A stretch of DNA of 63,795 nucleotides, filler included, from Octopus bimaculoides (lineage: Eukaryota), in the NCBI RefSeq assembly GCF_001194135.2. It is 5 parts of 5 records of this genome, joined end to end, with 100 filler letters (N's around TTAATTAATTAA, not from the genome) between each part and the next. Parts side by side here need not be neighbours in the genome. Positions count along the whole stretch, not along the records: positions 46,762 to 61,604 come from NC_068987.1; positions 61,705 to 63,795 come from NW_026389870.1; 3 more parts are not named here. One strand, 5' to 3'. This document shows positions 53,191-63,795 of this stretch, piece after piece. The notes below the pieces were generated by a model. That model saw nothing but the letters and a program-made list of their open reading frames with translations. It had not been told where the DNA came from and did no database searches. Position 1 is the first letter of the stretch. Each line of letters opens with the position of its first letter. A program made the position numbers and the translations under genes.

Positions 53191-53385
53191 CTAGATTAAT
53201 AAAATGATTATTAATTAGAGGAAGGTAGTCTGTTAGGGGGAAAATAATTTATGTGAGAAGGGGAAAATTTGGAGAGAATGGATTTAGTAAGATCCAAAAC
53301 ATAATGCTATGGAATTTCTTAGCATGGGATTCAACAGCATAGAATATCCATTAGTTAAAACATTTTAGCAGGTTGTATCTCTTAA

Positions 53386-53773
53386 CATTTTCATTACCAT
53401 ATTTCTGTTGAAAAGTGCTGTCTTCATTTTAATTAATATTGCAAATAATGAAGAATTTATTAACCCTATAACTGCAAAATTAAATTTCATGATTAATCTC
53501 AGTAATAATGTTAAATATCCAATAAACTTGACATGTCTCAACAGAAAATAGTTCCAGCTATAACCTTCCTCTATAAAAGATAGATTGGTATTGAAAACTG
53601 CTTTCCACAGAAATTTTCAGTGGATATATCTGCTTTCTACTGTTAAAATAATTTTGTCATTATTAAGCTGCTGTTTCAAATATAAATTAATATGAAATTT
53701 TGATGAAAGATTTAAATTTAGATCTCATTAAAACAGGAAGTTTGTATCAAAGGATGAGATGGTATCAAAAGGA
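53386..53773. mobile_element. piggyBac-type MITE (old)
   Basis: TTAA on both sides, with degenerate TIRs CATTTTCATTACC and GGTATCAAAAGGA. Confidence 0.45.
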
Positions 53774-55786
53774 TTAAAGGAGACTGTTTTGGGAACAATT
53801 ACGGGTAAAATACTCGAAGACATTTTCCCCACAAATTTCTTTATAATCGTAATCTATGCCATTTGAAAGAGATTTATATAAATTTTCATTAAAAGATACC
53901 CATATTACTGAAAATTATGAGGGAAAAAATTCAGATAGTGCGAATTTTCTGAAACTCCTCTCTCCACCCCCTCACAAAAATTCTTTCCCATAAATCCCTA
54001 TATACTCTGTAGCCACAACATCTAAACAGTATTTGTAGAAACTTTTGTTAAAAAGCATCCATTTTACTGGATATTATGAGGCAACACAATCGAGGGCGTA
54101 TACATCTGTAGTAATGGCCTTTTATTTATACGATTGTTTTCATTTCATATTTATTTCATTCATTGTTTGCAATGTTCTCTCTCACATGCACTGCAAAGCT
54201 TATAGATGGGCTGCTGAATTGAAATCTATGTTGCTTTGAGGGGAAAGTAAAACTTGACAAACTGCTTCTCCTCCTGTTGTTGGACTACCATGACTTTTGT
54301 TTTAAAAAGTGAGATTATGACTGTAATATAATAATGAAAGCAATATTTACTAAACAAGTGAGCACTATTATACAAAGAAATAATTAGACGTAAAATATAA
54401 AAATTATTAGAAATGGGAATCAAATGTGAAAATATTATCAAAGCCCTAGCAGAAAACCGCCCGGAGGGCAGTCGTTCTGTTTCTTTTCATAATACTAAAA
54501 CTCTAGAGATGTTTGTGCGTACCCGAAATATCTCAGAAATAGTACATTTTATCTTAATTTTTTTGCATATTTATTTTCATACTTACTTTCGGCAGTGCAG
54601 TACAAATTTTTGTGATATTTGGGACTCTATTAAGGAAAACGATTAAGCACAATTTTTGCTTGTTATTTCTTGACGGAAAAAATAACAGCATCGTTCCGTT
54701 ACGTGAGCACACATACAGAACACACACACACACATGAATGTCATGGAGTATCAATCAACACAAACACACGTCCGTCATCTGTGACATATACACACACATA
54801 GTCTTTGCGCTCTCTAAGAAAGAAAAACAAAACGTCGACTTTTTGACGTACGCAAGTATTTTAATCATTTAGAAATATTTTTAACTGAATGTGATTTCAA
54901 AAATGTAAGTTGTTTGTTCAGCATTTATATTTTCGCTTTCTTTAAACAGACAATATTTTAATGTTTTTTTAAAAATTATTTTCGAGTGAACGGTGATTTT
55001 CGCTTATCATCCGGAGTTCGTTAATTTCCATAAATTTTTATTTATTTATTTACTTTTNNNNNNNNNNNNNNNNNNNNNNNNNNNNNNNNNNNNNNNNNNN
55101 NNNNNNNNNNNNNNNNNNNNNNNNNNNNNNNNNNNNNNNNNNNNNNNNNNNNNNNNNNNNNNNNNNNNNNNNNNNNNNNNNNNNNNNNNNNNNNNNNNNN
55201 NNNNNNNNNNNNNNNNNNNNNNNNNNNNNNNNNNNNNNNNNNNNNNNNNNNNNNNNNNNNNNNNNNNNNNNNNNNNNNNNNNNNNNNNNNNNNNNNNNNN
55301 NNNNNNNNNNNNNNNNNNNNNNNNNNNNNNNNNNNNNNNNNNNNNNNNNNNNNNNNNNNNNNNNNNNNNNNNNNNNNNNNNNNNNNNNNNNNNNNNNNNN
55401 NNNNNNNNNNNNNNNNNNNNNNNNNNNNNNNNNNNNNNNNNNNNNNNNNNNNNNNNNNNNNNNNNNNNNNNNNNNNNNNNNNNNNNNNNNNNNNNNNNNN
55501 NNNNNNNNNNNNNNNNNNNNNNNNNNNNNNNNNNNNNNNNNNNNNNNNNNNNNNNNNNNNNNNNNNNNNNNNNNNNNNNNNNNNNNNNNNNNNNNNNNNN
55601 NNNNNNNNNNNNNNNNNNNNNNNNNNNNNNNNNNNNNNNNNNNNNNNNNNNNNNNNNNNNNNNNNNNNNNNNNNNNNNNNNNNNNNNNNNNNNNNNNNNN
55701 NNNNNNNNNNNNNNNNNNNNNNNNNNNNNNNNNNNNNNNNNNNNNNNNNNNNNNNNNNNNNNNNNNNNNNNNNNNNNNNNNNNNNN

Positions 55787-55820
<34 letters not shown>

Positions 55821-56184
55821 GTGGTACTCCGTCGGTTGTGACGACGAGGGTTCCAGTTGATCGGATCAATAGAACAGTCTGCTTGTGAAATTAACATGCA
55901 AGTGGGTGAGCACTCCACAGACACGTGTACTATTAACATAGTTCTCGGGGAGATACAGCGTGACACGGAGTGTGACAAGGCTGGCCTCTTGAAACAGGAA
56001 GAAAGAGTGAGAGAAAGTTGTAGTGAAAGAGTCCAGCAGGGTTCGCCACCTCCCCTTGCCGGGGCTTCGTGGAGTTTCAGGTGTTTTCGCTCAATAAACA
56101 TTCACTACGCCCGGTCTGGGAATCGAAACCGCAATCCTACGACCGCGAGTCCGCTGCCTTAACCACTGAGCCATTGTGCCTCCA
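55821..56184 (-). mobile_element. SINE family D
   Basis: Colinear with 16981-17353. Confidence 0.9.
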
Positions 56185-57344
56185 CACACACACACACACA
56201 TACATACGTGTATATAAATATATATCAAAACAGTTTGATTCGAATTCGTTGGCACTCTTGAGTTTTAAGCGCGATGCTAGTCGTCAGCCATTTTGAATTT
56301 GAATGACAGAAGTTGATTATTATTACTGTAAGGTAGGCTGCGATTGGTCGAGCCCANNNNNNNNNNNNNNNNNNNNNNNNNNNNNNNNNNNNNNNNNNNN
56401 NNNNNNNNNNNNNNNNNNNNNNNNNNNNNNNNNNNNNNNNNNNNNNNNNNNNNNNNNNNNNNNNNNNNNNNNNNNNNNNNNNNNNNNNNNNNNNNNNNNN
56501 NNNNNNNNNNNNNNNNNNNNNNNNNNNNNNNNNNNNNNNNNNNNNNNNNNNNNNNNNNNNNNNNNNNNNNNNNNNNNNNNNNNNNNNNNNNNNNNNNNNN
56601 NNNNNNNNNNNNNNNNNNNNNNNNNNNNNNNNNNNNNNNNNNNNNNNNNNNNNNNNNNNNNNNNNNNNNNNNNNNNNNNNNNNNNNNNNNNNNNNNNNNN
56701 NNNNNNNNNNNNNNNNNNNNNNNNNNNNNNNNNNNNNNNNNNNNNNNNNNNNNNNNNNNNNNNNNNNNNNNNNNNNNNNNNNNNNNNNNNNNNNNNNNNN
56801 NNNNNNNNNNNNNNNNNNNNNNNNNNNNNNNNNNNNNNNNNNNNNNNNNNNNNNNNNNNNNNNNNNNNNNNNNNNNNNNNNNNNNNNNNNNNNNNAAAAT
56901 ACACCTGTGTGTATGTGTTCGCTTTTTACGCGAATTGCTTCCATACTTGGGATGCCTGAATAATTTGACCTTGGATACATAATGGCATCTTCAGTTTATT
57001 ATTGTTTTAAATAAAAAGTTAATAATATTGCTTTATATATGTGATTCACTTCTTTAAAAGGGTTTCTCAATGTCAACTTTCGGTATCGACGCAGCAACGG
57101 CGAAATTTTCCCTCTCTATTTCAGTATTTTCATTCCAGGTTTTAATTCGCTATTTGCAAACAACTACGATAAATTACTGAAAGAAATATTTACTAAGTTC
57201 ACAAATTTCGTTTAAATCTGCTCATTTTGTTAATTTCCGTAAAACGTTTTTTATTCATTTCCTTTTTGCGCGCCGTGTTCAGCTCTATGTATTTGTAGTC
57301 AGTCACACACAAGTTCCCCTCCTCAAATTCCCCTGCCACTCTCA

Positions 57345-57650
57345 AAATCCCTTGTTTGCGAGTTACTTAGTGACTCTGTCAGTGCTGGTGCCACGTAAAA
57401 AGCATCCAGTTCACACTGGAAAGTGGTTGGCATTTGGAAGGGCATCCAACTAAAAATCATGCCAAAATTAACCTCGCCTGTGCTAGTGCCACATAAAAAG
57501 CACTGAGTCCACTTTGCAGAGTGGTTGGTGTTAGGAAGGGCAAAACAGACACAGTAGCCTAGGGTAGTTTTCTAACTAGCTGGCTCCTGTCAACCGTCTT
57601 ACCCATGCATGATGAAACGTGGATATTAAACAATGATGATGATGATGTAT
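57345..57650 (+). mobile_element. Repeat family E (SINE-like, (GAT)n tail) with internal duplication
   Basis: The unit tgct(g/a)gtgccac..aaaaagca..agtggttgg..ggaagggca occurs twice. An inverted related copy lies at ~50845-51060. Confidence 0.7.
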
Positions 57651-57959
57651 ACATCTTATATCTTTTGTTTCAATCATTGGACAGTGGCCATGTTAGTGCA
57701 CCATATTATATATATGTATGTGTGTGTATGTATGTATGTATGTATGTTTTCTCTTTAATTTATAAATTTTGACCGGCCGCTGATTTGGTAGTAAGGTTGT
57801 GAAGGAAAGTATCATGATATAACCGTCATCCATGAAATATGTATGTGCATGTGTGTGTGTGTGAGATAGTGTGTACGTGTGTGTGTGTGTATGTATGTAT
57901 GTATGTATGTATGTATGTATGTATGTATGTATGTATGTGTCTTCTATCTTCTATTTTCC

Positions 57960-58290
57960 GTCTTCTAGCTAACTTTCTGAAGGAAACCTTAAGCTCGAAA
58001 ATTCAAAAGCGCTTCCATTTTTATTATTTCTCCCATTGAGCGTTAAACTAATAATTTTACATCTTGTCTTCATTATTTCTATGTCTTTTTATTATTTTCG
58101 TCGTAAAATTGTACTCCCCCTGTTTCTCTTCATATATTCTCTCTCTGTTTATTTCCTCGTGTTCTTTTCTGTTGAAGAGTGTAGGCTCGAAATGTAAAAG
58201 ACTTTCTCACCTTCCCGAGCGTCAAACTAATACACCTGTTGTTGTTTTTACACCTGTCTTCATCTTTTGTTTTTCCGTACATTTCAACTG
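57960..58290 (+). ncRNA. Tandem dimer of the HHR-bearing element
   Basis: Two cores with GCTCGAAA 192 bp apart (GAAA at 57997 and 58189), each followed by gagcgt(t/c)aaactaata. Confidence 0.55.
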
Positions 58291-58305
58291 TATATATATA
58301 GTGTG

Positions 58306-59469
58306 CGTGTGTGACCAATAAATATCCGGACTGTTGCCATAGTAACGATGCTAAAGCACACAGACTAAAGCCGCTTGGCACAGATTGACCTTGAACTCTG
58401 CTGTGCATGTGCACTCGCATTGACCATGACAAAGTTGAGCAGAGAATCTGCATCAAATTTTGCCAAATGCTTGGGAATACCTGCTCAGAGGCCTACGCAA
58501 AGATGCAGAAAGTCAATGAAGAAGAGTATATAAGCCACATACAAGTTGCTCAGACGTTTCCAAGATGGCCGAAAAAAATGTCGATAGTGACGAACGTTCT
58601 GGTAGACCTGCAACCAGCAGAACTGAGAAAAACATCGTAGATGTACGTGCAACTGTGAGTGGAAATCGTCGAACCACCATCCGTGAGTTATCAGAGGATG
58701 TTGAAGATTTGGGTATGAGACGCGTATCTGCCATGCTTGTTCCCAAACTGATTTCAGCTGACCAAAGAGACTTTAGAACTTCAGTTGCACAAGATCTTGA
58801 TCGCGTCGAGAACGATGAAGACTTTTTGAAAAGGGTCATAACAGGTGATGAATCCTGGGTCTATGGTTATGACCCCAAAACAAAGATCAGTCTTTGCAGT
58901 GGAAGACCCCCCCCCCAACCTCTCTGAGACAAGCAATGTGAAGACCCTGTTGACCGTTTTCCTCGACTACAAGGGGATTGTTCATCATGAGTATGCTCCA
59001 CCTGGTCAGGCAGTAAACAAAGAGTACTACCGTGACGTTTTGCGGCGTTTGCAGGATGCTATTCATTGGAAAAGGCTACAGTTGTCTGTGTCCTGTGAGT
59101 GGCAACTGCACCATGACAACACGCCTGCCCATTCAGCGCAGCTTGTGCAGCAGTTTTCGGCTAGGTACAGCATTCCCCAGGTTCGACAGCCAGTGCTCCT
59201 CAGATCTTGGCCCTTGAGACTTTTTCCTCTCTCCAAAAATCAAATCCAGCTCGAAAGGAAGATTTCAGAACGTCGAGGAAATGCGACGAGACAGCTGCTG
59301 ATTATCTCAAAAAACGAGTTCTAGAAATGCTTCCATCAATGGAAACAGCACTAGGTTAAGTGTGTAGCTTCCGAAGGGGACTACGTTGAAGGAGATTAAA
59401 TGCCAAATTGGAACGTGTTGTAGCTTTGTTTTTATAGCACAAGTCCGGATACTTATTGATCAGTCCTCG
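58306..59469 (+). mobile_element. Near full-length decayed mariner with both TIRs
   Basis: TIRs ...GACCAATAAATATCCGGACT (58306-58332) and AGTCCGGATACTTATTGATCAGTCCTCG|TA (59442-59471). ORF pieces give EQRICIKFC, DERSGRP, ITGDESWVYGYDP and HHDNTPAHS. Confidence 0.9.
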
Positions 59470-59474
59470 TATAT

Positions 59475-59509
<35 letters not shown>

Positions 59510-59513
<4 letters not shown>

Positions 59514-59650
59514 GTTGAAATGTGCAGAAAACAAAAGACAGAGACAGGAAGGGAATGGCAAGCAGGTGTATGAGTTTGACACTCAGGTAAATGGAAAAGT
59601 CTTTGATGTTTCGAGCCCTATCCTTTTCGACAGAAAGGGATAGGAGGAAA
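59510..59650 (-). ncRNA. HHR-bearing element, variant core, cut by gap
   Basis: The reverse strand reads cttt CTGTCGA A aaggataggGCTC GAAA cat c aaag (59601-59637), followed by the same downstream body ending catttcaacta. Confidence 0.5.
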
Positions 59651-60994
59651 NNNNNNNNNNNNNNNNNNNNNNNNNNNNNNNNNNNNNNNNNNNNNNNNNN
59701 NNNNNNNNNNNNNNNNNNNNNNNNNNNNNNNNNNNNNNNNNNNNNNNNNNNNNNNNNNNNNNNNNNNNNNNNNNNNNNNNNNNNNNNNNNNNNNNNNNNN
59801 NNNNNNNNNNNNNNNNNNNNNNNNNNNNNNNNNNNNNNNNNNNNNNNNNNNNNNNNNNNNNNNNNNNNNNNNNNNNNNNNNNNNNNNNNNNNNNNGATGC
59901 AAATACTTATATCTTTTTCCATCGGGATATTTTTCGCATCGAAGGTCGGCGATTGTCGTACGGTGAGGACGGGTAAATACCCAGAAACTCGAGTCTGTGC
60001 GTATCGCAGATCAAGATGGGAAGGATGACTTTCCTTTGCAATTACAGACAGGACACAGATGTGTGTCAATAGCCAGCTGGAGGAGATGTTCTCCTGGGGC
60101 TAAAAGCAACAGTAACATCCACCCTTAGGGGTCAGCCACATTTAAGTGGCAAATATACTTCACCTTGTCGTGCAGTTACTGTTAATACCTCGTTCAGAGA
60201 TTTAACATTGCTTTTATATATATATATTGTTTGCTGTCTTGTCTTCCTTACATTTCATGCATAAAAGAGGAACTAAAACAACCAAAAACCGACGCACCTG
60301 ACCTTAAATAATTTTTCTTACCGCCACCCCACCAACTATCTGACTCTCCCTTTTTATCTGCCTACATATTATTCTCTATAAATAGTTTTATTATCTCAGA
60401 TAATGCATCCTACTACATTGTCATTATCTATTTAATTTCATTTATTCGTCGCACCCTTTCCCACCTGGAAAGAAATCTTTTTCTTACCTTTCCCGCTATT
60501 TCTCTTTCTTTCGCCCACTTGAAAAAAAATTAGTTAAGTAATCAAGTATTTATAAGACACACACCCATTTACACAAACCATGAAATGTGTCATCCATGAA
60601 ATATGTATGTGCATGTGTGTGTGTGTGTGTATCAGCTAGCCACACAAACCATGAAATATGCATGCGCATGTGTGGGTGCGCGCGTACACTCACATACACA
60701 CATCCACTCTTTTCAATACCTATATTAAAGTCCTAATTTATCATTGCAACTGGTTTTCCCAGCTTTATACTCTGCTTGCCATACATCCATAAGCATATGC
60801 GCGTACTCATAAATGCATGCGTGCATGCATGGTGGCTGTCAACTCGTGGACGAGTATGACCGACATCGACAGATTATCTTATCTTAAGAACTACAATGGC
60901 AGTTAGCAATACCTGTGCTGAAATTTCTGGCGTAATATGCGTGCGTGCATACATACATATATACATACATCTGTGTGTTGTATATGCGTGTTCA

Positions 60995-61270
60995 GAGCTC
61001 CATGGCTGATTGGTTATGATGCTGACTGCACGGTCATAAGGTCGTGAGCTCGATTGCTGGACTAGGCAGTGCGTTGTTTCCTCGAGCAAGGCATTTCATT
61101 TTACGCTCTTCTTGTTTACTCAGATGCAAATGAGAACCAGCTGACTGCCAGTGCAACCACCTGTCCCACTTGCTGTCACATCCTAGATGTTCCGCTGGGT
61201 CATGGATACGAGAGCCAAGACGATGCCTGTCTGCACGCGACGACACAGGCACTGAAAACAATTAGTGAAA
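60995..61270 (+). mobile_element. SINE family C, diverged
   Basis: Same head and box. Confidence 0.65.
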
Positions 61271-61604
61271 GCATGGTACATACTAATAAGTCATCCTCTG
61301 TTGCAAGTGATAGCCGTCAGTCACGCACGCACGCACACACACACACAGTGCACGTCACATGTACATACATACATACATACATCTAAATGTTAAAGGTGGT
61401 AAACAAGGTGTGTAGTTAAGAAGCTCGCTTTGAAATAACGTTGTTTTGATAGCCCTGGGCCAACCAATGCTTTGTGAATGAATTACTAGGCAGAAACTAT
61501 GTAGAATCCCATCGTGAATGATAATAATAATAATAATAATAATGATAATAATAATAAAATATGTATATAATATATATATATGATATATATATATATAATA
61601 TATA

Positions 61605-61704
61605 NNNNNNNNNNNNNNNNNNNNNNNNNNNNNNNNNNNNNNNNNNNNTTAATTAATTAANNNNNNNNNNNNNNNNNNNNNNNNNNNNNNNNNNNNNNNN
61701 NNNN
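61605..61704. other. Artificial scaffold joiner
   Basis: Same construct. Confidence 0.95.
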
Positions 61705-61889
61705 CATGTGTGTGTATGGGGAGTGCCTGTATTATCTGTATCCCGTTTATACATTTTCGTTTGATTTGTTTTTATTCATTTGTTCATGTGTTTATACCTA
61801 CTTATTATTATTTTTTCTATTCTTTCTTTTCTATTCTTTTATTTTGTATTTAATTTAATTTTGTTAACGTATGTAGTTATTTAATTCCA

Positions 61890-63271
61890 TTTGTTTATCT
61901 GTGTATTGTATTATATTTTGTTCATATTGTTATCAGTTTATGGGGATTTTATTGTCATATGTTGTGGTTTGTTGGGGCTGTGTGCTAGTGTTCCATTCCA
62001 GTTTCCTATTCAGGCTACGTTTATCTTCTATTATGTGTGTAGCTTCTGTAATTTGTCTAAGCGTTGCGTCTGTTCTATGTGTGGACAAGATTTTAATTTC
62101 TATGTTGTTGAGTGAGCCTCCATGCTCCTGCTCAGCGTACTGGTATAGAACTGATGAGCTTTTCTTTTCCTTAAGTTCCCTCCAATGTACATTTACCCGC
62201 TCTCCTATGCTCCGTGCCGTTTCCCCTACGTACGTCATTGTCTTGTTACTGCATCATCCCTCTGTACATCTTATACTATAGACTACATTTCTGGCTTTAC
62301 AGTTTGTTTGTGGACAAAATATACATACAATACAGTTCCTATCAGTACAGGGGGTTCTACTAAAAGGGTAGGTTCTACCAATAAGGGATTTGATAGGGTT
62401 GCCTTACCTTTCAACAACCTTAATGCTTAGCTAAGTTTGTCTAGGGCCCTTCTAAAGCGGTACGCCAGTTCACCTCTAGGGGTGGTGTCGACGAACATGA
62501 CGCTCTAGTATTTGTGGCTATCATACCATGAGTTGGCCTTCCCTATTTTCTTCTTAATCTTTTCAATGGTGTTCCATGATTTGCTCCTATAAAGTGGGCA
62601 AATCCCATTCCTATCGTTACGTTTGATGGTTTTAAATTTCCTCATAGCTCCTTTGTATACTCTGATCCTTTCTTTATGGCTGTAACCTGAGAACTGCACG
62701 CGGTGAACGAAATGTTGTATATGTCTCTTTAACTCTGTAGGGTCGCACATGTGGGACACATTTCTCATTACTCTGACGAGGTCCGCTATCTATATATTTA
62801 ATTTAGCATTGTCCGTGATAGCTGAGTTCCAGTGGATCAGGTATTTGGAGGCCATAGGTTTGGCATAGTGTGAATGGAGGGTTCAGATTTTATTATTCTC
62901 AGTTTCCAGCCAGAGTTCTGCATCTAGTACTGGTAGTCTATGGTTAGGGTGTTTAGTAGAGTAGTATATCATGACCTTAATACTCTGGTGGATGGAGTTA
63001 GCTATTTGCTGGATGCTCTCCATAGTATTAGTTTCTATTTCTATTTCAAGAGTACTCTCTTGTGGGGGTGTCTTTACCTCCACGTTGATATCATCGACAT
63101 AGCGAGAGTACATATTCACAAGTATGGAGTTCTGTGTCAGGCGGTCCTTAAGCCTTCTGTTCCACCATACCATGAAAAGGTTGGCCACATCACCGGCGAT
63201 ACTAACACCGATGGCTGCCCCCTCGACCTGGGCGTATATTTTGTTGTTAAACTTAAACGAGTGGCCTTTTC

Positions 63272-63272
<1 letters not shown>
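61890..63272 (-). mobile_element. Penelope-like element: RT C-terminal half plus GIY-YIG endonuclease, frameshifted, 5'-truncated at (TA)n
   Basis: Translates as FKFNNKIYAQVEGAAIGVSIAGDVANL, YSRYVDDI, LPVLD, FVHRVQFSGY and YVGETARSIGERVNVH...RQITEATHI. Confidence 0.9.
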
Positions 63273-63302
<30 letters not shown>

Positions 63303-63610
63303 GCTTACCTATTTTCTACTTCCTCCCCTTTTTTCTCCCTCTACCACTCTTTCTCCTTACCCCTTGCTGGTCACATGTGTACAGCTACTTATTCTTTTCT
63401 TCCTTGGCTATCGCCAAGCAAACATACGAACCTACTTCGTTCCGCTTCCTTCCAGTTCGTTGCTTCACAGCGTTCAATATTCACATAATTTTTCACATCT
63501 GGCCGTATAGCCTTTTCCGTTTGTTTTCCTGTCTTGTTTTCTGTCTGCCACTACATTCCTCCATGGTACAAATTTAATTTGTGGTCCGTGGGAAGAGCCA
63601 TTTTAACGAT

Positions 63611-63667
63611 GCGTCCTGCCCTAACTCTTCGAAACGCCTGTGTTAGAATGGTGGCAGCTGATGAAGG
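63611..63667 (+). ncRNA. HHR-like motif with non-standard strand order
   Basis: GCGTC-CTGCC...CTTC-GAAA-CGC...GGCAG-CTGATGA-AGG. Stem I is 5 bp, stem III is 4 bp and stem II is weak. Confidence 0.4.
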
Positions 63668-63795
63668 AAAATGTTCTCTATGTGGCCTGTGTGTTTTCTG
63701 TACTCTGGTTCTTATTATTTTTTTGTCTACGTTTTGTTTGCAACTTCCTGTACCCAGATATGCACCTATATATACAGGTAGATGTAGGTATGCAC

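Overview
This is gene-poor, very repeat-rich eukaryotic DNA. The SINE, microsatellite and transposon landscape suggests a coleoid cephalopod, most likely Octopus (inference). Four artificial 100-bp joiners (44 N + TTAATTAATTAA + 44 N) split the window into five pieces, so adjacency across them is unproven. Only two host coding exons are recognisable, both first exons on the minus strand: a classical aquaporin (4520-4714) and SMIM20/MITRAC7, the phoenixin precursor (47448-47562). Each has a motif-rich upstream region: a CLEAR-type E-box pair plus a GC box for the aquaporin, and tandem ETS sites for SMIM20. The rest comprises at least five SINE-like families, five decayed Tc1/mariner copies, MITEs, Penelope-like element (PLE) remnants, a 123-bp tandem array and many microsatellites. 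The most interesting signal is a set of hammerhead ribozyme (HHR)-like motifs. These include a ~190-bp microsatellite-flanked element family whose core reads CUGUYGA instead of CUGANGA, a tandem dimer of that element, a pair of minimal HHRs 168 nt apart, and one motif (63611-63667) with all canonical core nucleotides but its three strands in a non-standard order. None has been tested for cleavage. SINE and remnant boundaries are approximate.
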